Assembly: GCA_965219585.1 (NCBI GenBank)
Contig: CBDCOA010000003.1
Coordinates: 1,642,593-1,706,592 of the forward strand
DNA length: 64,000 bases
DNA from: Bryobacterales bacterium
GTDB taxonomy: Bacteria; Acidobacteriota; Terriglobia; Bryobacterales; UBA6623
Reading direction: 5' to 3'
Shown piece by piece: positions 46,726 through 56,453 of this stretch; the first letter of the stretch is position 1; every line of letters starts with the position of its first letter. Made by a program: the position numbers and the translations under genes. The notes beneath the pieces were generated by a model, which worked only from the letters and a program-made list of their open reading frames with translations, had not been told where the DNA came from and did no database searches.

Positions 46726-47103
46726 ATGAGGTACTCAAGGACACGCTTCGAAGAGTGGGTGGATGACGCTTGGGAAAGCATTCCCGAGTCTGTTCGGCAA
46801 GAGTTTTCCAACTTGGTCATCGCGGTGGAGGACGAGCCAAGTCGGGAGCAGCTCGCCAAAGCCAAGGTGCCTCGGGGGGACACGCTGCTAGGGCTCTATG
46901 AGGGCGTGCCCATCAAGCGGCGCGGCTGGTACTACCAGATGGCGCTGCCGGATCGCATCACCTTGTTCCAAGGTCCCTTGGAACGCTCCTCTGGAAGCAA
47001 CATCCGGCAGGCGATTTACGAGACCCTGTGGCACGAGCTGGCCCACCACATCGGCATGAACGAGAAAGAGGTGCGGGCAGCGGAGAGGCGGAAGTTCGGC
47101 TGA
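46726..47103 (+). CDS. Zincin-like minimal metallopeptidase
   Basis: [26 protein letters not shown] (HExxH). Confidence 0.9.
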   Translation: MRYSRTRFEEWVDDAWESIPESVRQEFSNLVIAVEDEPSREQLAKAKVPRGDTLLGLYEGVPIKRRGWYYQMALPDRITLFQGPLERSSGSNIRQAIYETLWHELAHHIGMNEKEVRAAERRKFG

Positions 47104-47164
47104 GGGCCGGCGGAGCGGCCAAATCACGGTGGGTACAATGGCAGACGCCGCAAGGCTTTGCCTC

Positions 47165-48367
47165 ATGAACTTCGATTTCAGCCCAAGAGTCCAAGATTAT
47201 CGCCAGCGCTTGCTCGCCTTCATGGACGAGCACATCTATCCCAACGAAGCTCTGTTCCGCCAGCAAATCTCCGAAGGGGATCGCTGGGCGCCGCCGCAGA
47301 TCCTTGAAGAACTCAAGCCCAAGGCCCGCGCCGCAGGCCTCTGGAACCTGTTCCTGCCCGACAGCCAGTACGGGGCGGGCCTGACCAATCTCGAGTACGC
47401 CCCACTCTGCGAAATCATGGGCCGCTCCCCGATGGCCCCGGAGGTCTTCAACTGCTCGGCACCGGACACCGGCAACATGGAAGTCTTGGTGCGCTACGGC
47501 ACTGACGAGCAGAAGGAGCGCTGGCTGAAGCCGCTGCTGGCCGGCGAGATCCGCTCCTGTTTCTCGATGACCGAGCCGGACGTAGCCTCAAGCGACGCGA
47601 CCAACATCCGCTCCACGATCCAGCGCGATGGCGACGAGTACGTGGTCAACGGCCACAAGTGGTGGTCGTCGGGCGCCGGCGAAAAGCGCTGCAAGCTCTC
47701 GGTCTTCATGGGCAAGACAGATCCCAGCGCGCCCAAGCACAAGCAGCAGGCCATGATCCTAGTGCCTCTGGATGCGCCGGGAGTGAAGATCGAGCGGGTC
47801 TTGCACGTGTTTGGCTACGACCACGCGCCGCACGGCCACGCCGAGATCCACTTTGACAACGTGCGCGTTCCCGCGTCGAACATGCTGTTGGGGGAGGGCC
47901 GGGGGTTCGAGATCGCGCAGGGCCGACTGGGGCCGGGCCGGATCCACCACTGCATGCGCTCGATCGGCATCGCCGAGCGAGCGCTGGAAGCCATGTGCCG
48001 CCGGGCAAAGCAGAGAGTGGCATTCGGCAAGACGCTGGCCGAGCACGGCGCGCTGCGCAAGGATATCGCCGATTCGCGGATGGAGATCGAACAATTGCGG
48101 CTACTCGTCTTCAAGGCCGCGTACATGATGGACACGGTGGGCAACAAGGTCGCGCGCCAGGAGATCGCGCAGATCAAGGTGATCGCGCCGAACGTCGCGC
48201 TGCGGGTGCTGGACCGCGCGATCCAAGCTCATGGCGCGCTAGGCGTGTGCCAGGACGCGTTCCTTGCCAGCGCGTGGGCGAGCCAGCGAACCCTGCGGCT
48301 GGCCGATGGCCCGGACGAGGTGCATCGCGAAGCCGTGGCGAAGCTGGAGTTGCGCAAGCACGACTGA
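47165..48367 (+). CDS. Acyl-CoA dehydrogenase
   Basis: [54 protein letters not shown]. Confidence 0.96.
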   Translation: MNFDFSPRVQDYRQRLLAFMDEHIYPNEALFRQQISEGDRWAPPQILEELKPKARAAGLWNLFLPDSQYGAGLTNLEYAPLCEIMGRSPMAPEVFNCSAPDTGNMEVLVRYGTDEQKERWLKPLLAGEIRSCFSMTEPDVASSDATNIRSTIQRDGDEYVVNGHKWWSSGAGEKRCKLSVFMGKTDPSAPKHKQQAMILVPLDAPGVKIERVLHVFGYDHAPHGHAEIHFDNVRVPASNMLLGEGRGFEIAQGRLGPGRIHHCMRSIGIAERALEAMCRRAKQRVAFGKTLAEHGALRKDIADSRMEIEQLRLLVFKAAYMMDTVGNKVARQEIAQIKVIAPNVALRVLDRAIQAHGALGVCQDAFLASAWASQRTLRLADGPDEVHREAVAKLELRKHD

Positions 48368-48452
48368 ACCGCTCCTCCGTGAGCGGGCCGCAAGGAACAG
48401 AGCCATCGCTCCGGTCGGCTACGACTCGAACGCAAGCTTCGCGACCGCGAAT

Positions 48453-50165
48453 CTACGTGCCCGCGGCACGCACGACGCCGCCCTCGGACAAGATGATTTC
48501 GCGGTTCGGTTCCAGCCCCTCGAGCCTGTCGACCTGACCGCTCGGCCAGTGCGCTTCGAGAAGATCAATCGCGGTATCGGCCCCGAGCCCAAAGGTGGCG
48601 ACGACCTCGCTCTGCGAGCAATAGCTCGATCCGCCCCGCACGACCTGTCGCTGCTGGCCGGACGCGCTGGCAAGCGTGAGCAGGGTTCCCAATCCTGATC
48701 TATTGGACTCAGAGCCGACTAGCCGGATTCTCAGATAGTTGTTGGCGCTGCCGCCATCGTTGCGTAGCAGTTTGGCCGGACCGTCGTTGGTGGTGATCAA
48801 GACGTCCAAGTCGCCGTCGCGATCGTAGTCTGCATATGCCGCTCCGCGCCCGACCAAGGGTTCCGCCAGATCTTGGCCGGGCGAGGGCGGGATCAGCTCG
48901 AATCCGCCGCGGCCATCGTTGCGGAACAGCTGCGGCGCTTGAGCGAATTTAACCGCGGGCTGGACGATCTCGATCTCCTCGTCGAGGTGGCCGTTCGCGC
49001 AGAAAATGTCCAAGTGTCCGTCTAGGTCGTAGTCAAAGAAGAAAGCCCCGAACGTCAGCGAGAGCAGGCTGTCACGACCGATCTGGCTGGTCGGGGCCTC
49101 GTCGACGAACAGTCCGTTGCCCTCGTTGTGGAACAGGTTCAGCATCTCGTTCGCGAAGTTGCCGACCAGCAGGTGGAAGCGCCCGCTCCGGTCGTAGTCC
49201 GCCGCGTCAACACCCATCGCGCCGCGGGCCTTGCCGTCCTCGGCATAGGCAATCCCAGCCGAGACCCCGTGCTCGCTGAACGTGCCGTCGCCCTCGTTGC
49301 GATACAGCTTGTTGGGCTGGGTGTCGTTGGCTTGGAAGACGTCGGGCCAGCCATCGGAGTCGTAGTCAAAAATGGCGATGCCCAGCGCCTTGGCCGTGGG
49401 GTCGTCCACGCCTGCCTTGGCGCTGACATCTTCAAACGTGCCGTCCCCTCGATTCCGGTACAGCACCGATGGCTGGCCGGCGTACGACTCGGGCGTGCAG
49501 TATGTCTTGGTAGAGCCGTCCATCGAGCACCACAGGTCCTGCTCCGCGGACCATTGCACGTAGTTGGCCACCAGCAAGTCCAAGTGCCCGTCCAGGTCGT
49601 AGTCGAACCAAGCGGCGCTGGTGCCAAAGCGAGCGTTGTCAATGCCCGCCGACTTCGTCACATCTGAGAAAGTGCCGTCGCCTTCGTTGCGAAACAGCTT
49701 GTCGCCGTCCAAGACAGTGACGTACAGGTCACTGAACCCGTCGTTGTCGTAGTCAGCCGCCGCAACGCCCATGCCGTACATGGCCGAGGCGAGGCCAGCG
49801 GCTTCGGTCACATCCTCGAACCGCCCTCCGCCCGCATTGCGATACAGCTTCGAGGTAACGCCCTGGGCGCTGCCGGACCAAGGCTTGGAATTCACCAGGA
49901 AGATGTCGGGCAGCCCATCGTTGTCGTAGTCAAAGAAGGCGCACCCGGATCCAAGCGTTTCCGGCAGATACTTTCTGCCCGACCTCCCGTTGTGATGCTC
50001 GAAGTCAATGCCCGCTTCTTGCGTCACGTCCGTGAAGACAACCGTAGCTGGCGCTTGCCCCAGCGTAGAGCGCTCCGGTTGCGGCGCCGGCTGGCCGCAG
50101 GCCAGCCAGCCGCATACCGCCACAGCAGCGAGGATCCCCTTACGGATCGGCAGAAACGTGTTCAT
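48453..50165 (-). CDS. CRTAC1-like FG-GAP/VCBS beta-propeller with C-terminal ASPIC/UnbV domain, probable lipoprotein
   Basis: WLAC lipobox-like; repeated DYDNDG/DYDLDG/DYDRDG Ca motifs; GGSSYCSQS...FGLG...WPSG; start trimmed to MNTFL. Confidence 0.9.
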   Translation of the reverse strand: MNTFLPIRKGILAAVAVCGWLACGQPAPQPERSTLGQAPATVVFTDVTQEAGIDFEHHNGRSGRKYLPETLGSGCAFFDYDNDGLPDIFLVNSKPWSGSAQGVTSKLYRNAGGGRFEDVTEAAGLASAMYGMGVAAADYDNDGFSDLYVTVLDGDKLFRNEGDGTFSDVTKSAGIDNARFGTSAAWFDYDLDGHLDLLVANYVQWSAEQDLWCSMDGSTKTYCTPESYAGQPSVLYRNRGDGTFEDVSAKAGVDDPTAKALGIAIFDYDSDGWPDVFQANDTQPNKLYRNEGDGTFSEHGVSAGIAYAEDGKARGAMGVDAADYDRSGRFHLLVGNFANEMLNLFHNEGNGLFVDEAPTSQIGRDSLLSLTFGAFFFDYDLDGHLDIFCANGHLDEEIEIVQPAVKFAQAPQLFRNDGRGGFELIPPSPGQDLAEPLVGRGAAYADYDRDGDLDVLITTNDGPAKLLRNDGGSANNYLRIRLVGSESNRSGLGTLLTLASASGQQRQVVRGGSSYCSQSEVVATFGLGADTAIDLLEAHWPSGQVDRLEGLEPNREIILSEGGVVRAAGT

Positions 50166-52917
50166 GGATGGCCTGACGCATGTTGTTGTCTTCCGGGCTG
50201 GCCCGCCGCAACACGGCTGTTCGGGTCTGGGCGGATTCGTCTGCCTTGTAGCGCAAGAACAGCGCCTCCTCTCGCTCGGCGGCTTCCAAGTCGCCCAAAC
50301 CACGGTAGCAGCGCATTCTCGTGTAGTGCATCTGCAGGTCCTCGGGGTCGATCTCCGCCACGCGGTCCAGCACATCGACTGCTGCGGCGTACTCCCGGCG
50401 CAGGAAGAGGATGTTGGCGATCTCGTTCAGCACCACCCGGTCCCGCGGGTACTGGGCCGAAGCACCGCGCAGGTCCTCGAGCGCGCCGTCGTAGTCCCCC
50501 GCTGCCCGCCGTGCCAAGGCACGGAAGTACAGAGCGCGGGGCAGGCCCGGGGAGAGTTCGAGCGCTTTCTCGAGAAACGGCTCGGCCTCCGACGTTCTGC
50601 CTTCCTCGACCATTGAGCGTGCAACGTTGAGCCAGCCATCCGGATGCTCGGGATCGGCGTCGACGGCGCGGCGGAAGGCATGCTCGGCTCCCCTGAGGTC
50701 ACCCTGCAGCAACAGGCCGATTCCGTAGTCGTTCCAACGCTCCCAGTCGGTCGGCTCTACCTGCGGCGACCACTCGTCGCTCCGGTCACCCACATGGATG
50801 ACGGTTTCCGCATTGGCCATTTCGATGATCGGCAACACCGGGATCCGGTCCTTGATCGCCCCCGGCACGTTGTCCGGGATATCCGCCGGGTCGTACGTGA
50901 ACTGGCGGTCGTCGAAGCCCTCTCCGAAGCTGCCCGCTCCTGCCTTGCCTGCGTAGGCAAACGCCGTGTAGGCGTGGGAGAACTTGCGATAGTTCAGCTT
51001 GGCGCGCAGCGTGAGCGGCCCGCTAGCATCGGCCGGCACGGTCAGACGGTAGTGGACGACGTCGGCCGCTCCGGGGGGAATCAGGCGGGCGTACAGCAGG
51101 CCGCGCATGTGGAACGCATTGCGCTTGTCAATGGGATTGCCGTGCGCGTCGACCTGCAAGGCGCGGAAAAAGTGTGCGCCGGGGTCGACAGGACCCGTAC
51201 CGCCAGCCACTCCGCCGCTCCAGAAGATCCGCTTGCCGCCCGCATCGAAGGCCTCGAATTCGACCCAGACATCGAATGCGTCGACCGTGCCGCTGGGGAA
51301 GAAATGGCCCACCTTCCTGGTCCGCACAACCACATCGATCCGGACCGTTTCGCCCGGCCGGACGCGGGGGACCGCCCTGTCCAGGGGAGCTGCGAGGTTG
51401 CCAACCTCGCGCAGCAGGACCGGCCCCCGGCGGGCGCCAGCCTCCTCTCCGACAGCGAAGCTGGTCGCGGCCGAGAGCTGTCCGGACGAGCGCACCATCT
51501 GGGGCGCTGCGGAATCTTCGCTGACCGGCGACAGAGCGAAGATGTCGACCGAGACGATGTCGTCTTGCAGGAATTTCGTGACTTCGTCCAGCTGGCGCTG
51601 GTCCTGGTTTACGTACGGCACGGCCGAGTTGGCGGCCGCGAAGCGATGCGAGCGCACCATGCCATTCTTGCTGCCGGGATCATTCGAGGCCACCAGCGGC
51701 ATGTGGCAGTCGGCACAATCCTGCGCCTGTTCCGGGTAGTAGAACGAGCGAGCTCCCTGCCCCGAGACGCCGCTGGCCTGCCAGTTGTCGTAAGAGTTGA
51801 AGCCGCGCACCCAGCGATAGCTGTTCACCGGCACGTCCAGATGCACTTTGTGGCACGAGGCACAGAATTCGGGGCCGTCCTCGCGCATGAACGGCTTCAT
51901 GAACGCGCGTCGATGCGCCGCCGGCGCCGTGTTGGTCACATAGTTGTGGACCGCACGCACAAACCCGTACTCGCTCGCCGCCAGGCCGTGCAACTTCGGA
52001 TACTGGATGATGAATCCGCCGTTGCCCATGGTGTCGGGCACATGCACGATGGAGTGGCATGACACGCAGGCGAGCCCGGCGTGGGCTTCGGGAGTGTCCA
52101 GCTGGTCGCGAACAGGGTTGTCGAACATGCCATTGAAGAGCATGGCGTGGTCGTGGCAGCCGGCGCACCACTTCGAGGCCTCCACTCCGGCGGTTTCCTG
52201 CATGTACTCGATCGACTTGCGATAGAACTGGTTGTTGAACGACGAGAAATGGTGCATGGACGATTGCCACTGCTCGTACACATCCTTGTGGCACTCGCCG
52301 CAGGCGGCGGACTCGAGGAAGAAATCTGACGGTATCATTCGTCCGGTCGTGGTCTGGGCGGCCGACGGGAAGAAGGGGCTCTCACGGCCGCCACCCTCGT
52401 AGTCCATCGACAGCGGCGCCTGAGTGGGATTGATGATCCGCTGGTCGGCGCTGGGAAACCAGCGGTCCCTAACGGCAGAGTAGGCGGGCAGCAAGAGGGC
52501 CACGGCGGCGCAAGCGGCGATTCGCCGGTCCCGCATGCCGACGGCCAGCAATCCAGCGCCGATAAAGCCGCACGCCGCGTGGATCGCCACGACGGGAAGG
52601 TGCGGGCGGGTGGCGCCGATGACGCACAACACCGCTCCCAGCGCGGCGCACGCAGAAAGGACAACCAGCGCCCGGCGGTTGGAACGAGCCCGTCGAAACA
52701 GCTCGATCCCGGAGAACCACAGCCCGGCAGACAGTGCGACCCCAACCACGACGTGCAGCAACACGTTTGTGACGTAGAAGATGTCAGCCGACGGGAAGGC
52801 TAGCAGCCAGCCCGAATTCAGCAGCAGGACGAGGAATGCTACCCCGACGAGGGAGCGCGCCCGCCCGGGTTTGCTGGCGGAGTCCCTCTCTGCACTGATT
52901 CCCGAACGTGACGTCAC
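50140..52917 (-). CDS. Membrane-anchored pentaheme (c554-like) protein with C-terminal TPRs
   Basis: N-terminal TM bundle; CGECH, CAGCH, CVSCH, CASCH, CADCH; TPR motifs WNDYGIGLL...AEHAFRRA. Confidence 0.88.
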   Translation of the reverse strand: MTSRSGISAERDSASKPGRARSLVGVAFLVLLLNSGWLLAFPSADIFYVTNVLLHVVVGVALSAGLWFSGIELFRRARSNRRALVVLSACAALGAVLCVIGATRPHLPVVAIHAACGFIGAGLLAVGMRDRRIAACAAVALLLPAYSAVRDRWFPSADQRIINPTQAPLSMDYEGGGRESPFFPSAAQTTTGRMIPSDFFLESAACGECHKDVYEQWQSSMHHFSSFNNQFYRKSIEYMQETAGVEASKWCAGCHDHAMLFNGMFDNPVRDQLDTPEAHAGLACVSCHSIVHVPDTMGNGGFIIQYPKLHGLAASEYGFVRAVHNYVTNTAPAAHRRAFMKPFMREDGPEFCASCHKVHLDVPVNSYRWVRGFNSYDNWQASGVSGQGARSFYYPEQAQDCADCHMPLVASNDPGSKNGMVRSHRFAAANSAVPYVNQDQRQLDEVTKFLQDDIVSVDIFALSPVSEDSAAPQMVRSSGQLSAATSFAVGEEAGARRGPVLLREVGNLAAPLDRAVPRVRPGETVRIDVVVRTRKVGHFFPSGTVDAFDVWVEFEAFDAGGKRIFWSGGVAGGTGPVDPGAHFFRALQVDAHGNPIDKRNAFHMRGLLYARLIPPGAADVVHYRLTVPADASGPLTLRAKLNYRKFSHAYTAFAYAGKAGAGSFGEGFDDRQFTYDPADIPDNVPGAIKDRIPVLPIIEMANAETVIHVGDRSDEWSPQVEPTDWERWNDYGIGLLLQGDLRGAEHAFRRAVDADPEHPDGWLNVARSMVEEGRTSEAEPFLEKALELSPGLPRALYFRALARRAAGDYDGALEDLRGASAQYPRDRVVLNEIANILFLRREYAAAVDVLDRVAEIDPEDLQMHYTRMRCYRGLGDLEAAEREEALFLRYKADESAQTRTAVLRRASPEDNNMRQAIHEHVSADP

Positions 52918-55900
52918 TGCGGCGTGCTCTGGGCCACGAGCGGCCGGATCAGACGCATCGCGGGCCGTGTGTGGTAGCGGACGAGGTCCTCTTGGTGGGT
53001 CTCGCTGGTCGGGTAACTTTCGTCCGGGCCGTATGGATAGCCGCTCATCGAATGGAACGGAAGCGGCCGGACCGAGTCCCCGAACGCAGTGTTGGCCTCG
53101 TTCTCCTTGGCCCAGCCATCGACCAGCAGCAGGTAGTTCCGGGTCCAGCCCGACGCCAATGCGGGCAAGCGCGCGGCGCTGAAGCGCAGCTCGAGCTCGT
53201 CTCCGGCGCCCATGATCACGTAGCGGTCATCTATTCGATCCAGCAATTCGTCCACTGCACCGAAGCGCGTGTACCTGCCCGGCGTCGGATTCCAATTGGT
53301 CGTGGCCGACACTTTCTGGTAGTCGAACCGTTCCGGCTGGGTGCGACCGTCCGCAACATAGTTGCGCGAGAAGCCTCGGAAGCGCAGGTTGGCGGTGCCA
53401 GCCTCCAGCGTGGTGACTCGCGCTTCGGCGGCGGAAGGCTGGACGCCGACAAACGCAGCGTCCCAATAGACGCACATGTTGGTCACCAGCCGGACCTTGC
53501 GGGAATCCGACGGGAACCGGCCGCTCAGGTCGACCGGTATCGTACGCAGGGTGCCGCCGGGCAAGCCGACATCGGCGATCGCGGTGACCCATTCGCCGCT
53601 CTCGTCCTGCACCTGCAGGAACGGCGGCTGAACCGCCGCGGACTTGCTCTGCGACGCTGCCACGATGCTGCTGGCAGACGACCAATCGACCCAGCCCTCG
53701 AGGAACAGCACGGCGTCCTCGGCATCGAAGTGCGGGAACTCTAGCGTCAGCGTGTGTCGCTCGGCACGGTTCGCGTAGTCCCGTTCGAACGTTGGGTAGC
53801 GGCGATCGCTGCTGGCCACCAGATCGAGGACGTCCTCACCGCGATGGTTGTGGGCCGCCACGGGCACGATCGGGGAGCGCACGCCGAACAGCTTGAATTC
53901 CGGAAACGGCGGCGCCTTGGCCTTTTCGTTGACGATCACGCGCATGTCTTGCGGGTGATCGACCGCAAGCAGGCGGATCTTGTCGATGTAGGCGGTCTCG
54001 CGCAATTCCTCGGTCACTCGAACGTCGAGGAATCCGTCCCGCTCGGCGAGCTGGTCGCCCCGGATCGTGACGTACTCGTCATGATCCACGGGAAAGTACA
54101 CGCCCCGAGCGAGGCTAGCGCCCAGCGGCGCCACTCCCAGCACTTCGCTGATGTACTCGAACTCCGCGCCGTTCCACGTGAATACCATGGGGCAGGACCC
54201 CGAGAGCCGAGGCGCTTCCTTGATCGAGATCTCGCTTGCCTGTTCCTCCGGCATTTCGTTTTGGATCAAGCCGTTGGCCCATGTGACGCGAACGGTGTCG
54301 AAGGACTCGGCGCTGCCCAGCCCGAAGTGCAGCGGCACGCCGGCGTAGACCTGCTTGGCATACGTGAGCCCAGCCTTGACCTCGACGCGCGCCTCGCTGC
54401 CGATGGCAGGGCTCTTGACTCCCTCGAGCCGGACCGTCAGTCCGCGATTGCTCGTTTCAGTGCGGTTGGCTGCGAAAAGGAGCTGCCCGGCAAGGTCGGC
54501 AATCAATAGATCGGGACGACCGTCTCCGTCGAAGTCCCCGGCAGCGGCGGCACCGGCCCGCGCCACATCGCTGGCGGGCATTGCCAAGAATTCGAAACTG
54601 CCGCGATTCGCCAAGAAGCCAGTCGCTGTCGCGGCGTCGAAGCGCCCGCGGAGTTGGAAGTCGGCCCATGCCCTGATGCGGTCCAGTTGTGGACCGCCAC
54701 GCAAGGTTCCGTGGTGGTTCTCGAGCACGACGGTCCGCTCGGCGGTCGTGACAGCGACATCGAGATAGCTGTCATGGTCGATGTCGATCACATCCAGCCG
54801 CGCCGGTCCGGCCGGCACGGTCACGCCGTCAACAGCAACCGCATTTCCGAAAACGCCAAGCTTGCGGTCTTGGTGGACTGCAACACTCTCGCCATAAACG
54901 GCGATAAAGTCGTGACCGTTGTCCTCGAACAACTCAGCGACCGCCGCTGAGCGGATCGGGCCGTCGCCGAAAGGAAACTGACTTGAGACATCTGCCAAGC
55001 CGCCTTCCCCGTCGTTCTGCAGCAGGCGCTTGTCTTGACCGAGGGCGAACAGGTCGAAGTCGTTGTCGCGGTCGTAGTCGGCGAACAGGCAAGTTTCGAA
55101 GTTGCCGGAAGCCTTGAAAGCGCTTGCGAACGAGCGACCCGCTCGATTCACCAAGACCTCCACCCCGTCCCCGTCCACTCGGCAGAGGTCAGCCAGCCCG
55201 TCACCATCGAAGTCACCCGGCGCGTAGTGAGTGGCGCCAGCCAGGCCAGCGCCGATGGAAGCCGGTCCGCCAGCCGCTCGTCCCGCCACGGCAACCGCGG
55301 CATCGCTTGACCAAGCGATCGCATCGGAGACGCCATCGCCATTGATATCCAGGGGGACGGCACCCAAGGGGTCGCCAGTCAGTTCGCCGATCTGTTCTAC
55401 GCCGAATGCAAACGGTGCGGCCGATGCCGCTTCGCCCGTAGCCAACGACGGGTCATAGAGTTCGGAGTAATAGCTCCAATCCACGTCCTCGCCTACCGCC
55501 GCATCTTCGGTGGCGGCCTTGAGTCCCTTGAAGACATCCAGTTCGCGCATTGCCCTATCGGGGTCGGTCCGGCGCAGGATCCCGAACAACTGGAAGTGCG
55601 GCGCGGCCAAGGATGGATCGAGGCTGATGGTCCGCTCGAATTTCTCGATGGCGCGCCGGATGTTGCCCTGCTGCTTATAGAGCGCCCCTAGGTTGTACTG
55701 CGTCTTGGCCTCGTCCGGTGCCAGCTTTTCCATCTGGAGCAGCTGGTCGAGCGCCATCTCGACCTCGCCTGCCTTCTTGTACTCGATGCCGAGGTTGAAG
55801 TAGGTGTGGGGCAGTGTCCGGTCAAGCTTTTGCGCCTGAACGACTTGGGCGATTCCCTCCTCGCGCTGGCCAGCGCGCAAGAGAGCAAGCCCGTAATTGA

Positions 55901-56132
55901 GGTGCTCCTGTGCGGAGCCGGGATTCAATTCCAGCGCCTTGGCTAGTTGTTCAACAGCCTGCTGAGAAGAGCCGGGCGTCTCGTAGAAAGCCTTGCCCAG
56001 ATTGCGGATCTCTTGTAATTGCAAGTCTTGCGCGTCATTCGGCTGGCTCTGTGCGTCGGCCAGGATCCACAAGGCGGCGCCGGAGCCCAACAGCAGGACC
56101 CACCAACCCACTTGTCGAAGTTCGATCCTCAT
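52914..56132 (-). CDS. TPR + FG-GAP + ASPIC/UnbV protein with an uncharacterised C-terminal domain
   Basis: Signal/TM; TPRs; DINGDG, DFDGDG, DYDRDND; LHFGLG...VRVTWANG; SGSCPMVFTWNG. Confidence 0.88.
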   Translation of the reverse strand: MRIELRQVGWWVLLLGSGAALWILADAQSQPNDAQDLQLQEIRNLGKAFYETPGSSQQAVEQLAKALELNPGSAQEHLNYGLALLRAGQREEGIAQVVQAQKLDRTLPHTYFNLGIEYKKAGEVEMALDQLLQMEKLAPDEAKTQYNLGALYKQQGNIRRAIEKFERTISLDPSLAAPHFQLFGILRRTDPDRAMRELDVFKGLKAATEDAAVGEDVDWSYYSELYDPSLATGEAASAAPFAFGVEQIGELTGDPLGAVPLDINGDGVSDAIAWSSDAAVAVAGRAAGGPASIGAGLAGATHYAPGDFDGDGLADLCRVDGDGVEVLVNRAGRSFASAFKASGNFETCLFADYDRDNDFDLFALGQDKRLLQNDGEGGLADVSSQFPFGDGPIRSAAVAELFEDNGHDFIAVYGESVAVHQDRKLGVFGNAVAVDGVTVPAGPARLDVIDIDHDSYLDVAVTTAERTVVLENHHGTLRGGPQLDRIRAWADFQLRGRFDAATATGFLANRGSFEFLAMPASDVARAGAAAAGDFDGDGRPDLLIADLAGQLLFAANRTETSNRGLTVRLEGVKSPAIGSEARVEVKAGLTYAKQVYAGVPLHFGLGSAESFDTVRVTWANGLIQNEMPEEQASEISIKEAPRLSGSCPMVFTWNGAEFEYISEVLGVAPLGASLARGVYFPVDHDEYVTIRGDQLAERDGFLDVRVTEELRETAYIDKIRLLAVDHPQDMRVIVNEKAKAPPFPEFKLFGVRSPIVPVAAHNHRGEDVLDLVASSDRRYPTFERDYANRAERHTLTLEFPHFDAEDAVLFLEGWVDWSSASSIVAASQSKSAAVQPPFLQVQDESGEWVTAIADVGLPGGTLRTIPVDLSGRFPSDSRKVRLVTNMCVYWDAAFVGVQPSAAEARVTTLEAGTANLRFRGFSRNYVADGRTQPERFDYQKVSATTNWNPTPGRYTRFGAVDELLDRIDDRYVIMGAGDELELRFSAARLPALASGWTRNYLLLVDGWAKENEANTAFGDSVRPLPFHSMSGYPYGPDESYPTSETHQEDLVRYHTRPAMRLIRPLVAQSTPQ

Positions 56133-56453
56133 GCCAAGCCCTCATATTACTTCAGGCTTGCGGAGCGAGTAGCGAGAGCGGGAGGGCGTAAGGACGCTCT
56201 GGATTTCCGGGTTGCTCACAGACCACTCCACAAGACGCGTGCAGGAGTAGAAGGATCTGTTTGTTTCTGCCAACGAGTATGCCTAGATCACCGATTCTTC
56301 GCCTAGAAGTACCGATACTAGGACCCGTAGAATCCGTGCCAGTACTGCATAGCTCCGAGACTTCGCGTCGCGTATGAATAGTCCCGCTCAGCCGCCTTGC
56401 GGCACCATACTGCCGGAAGCGCCAAACCCTTCGCCGCCCCTTAGCGGAGACGA

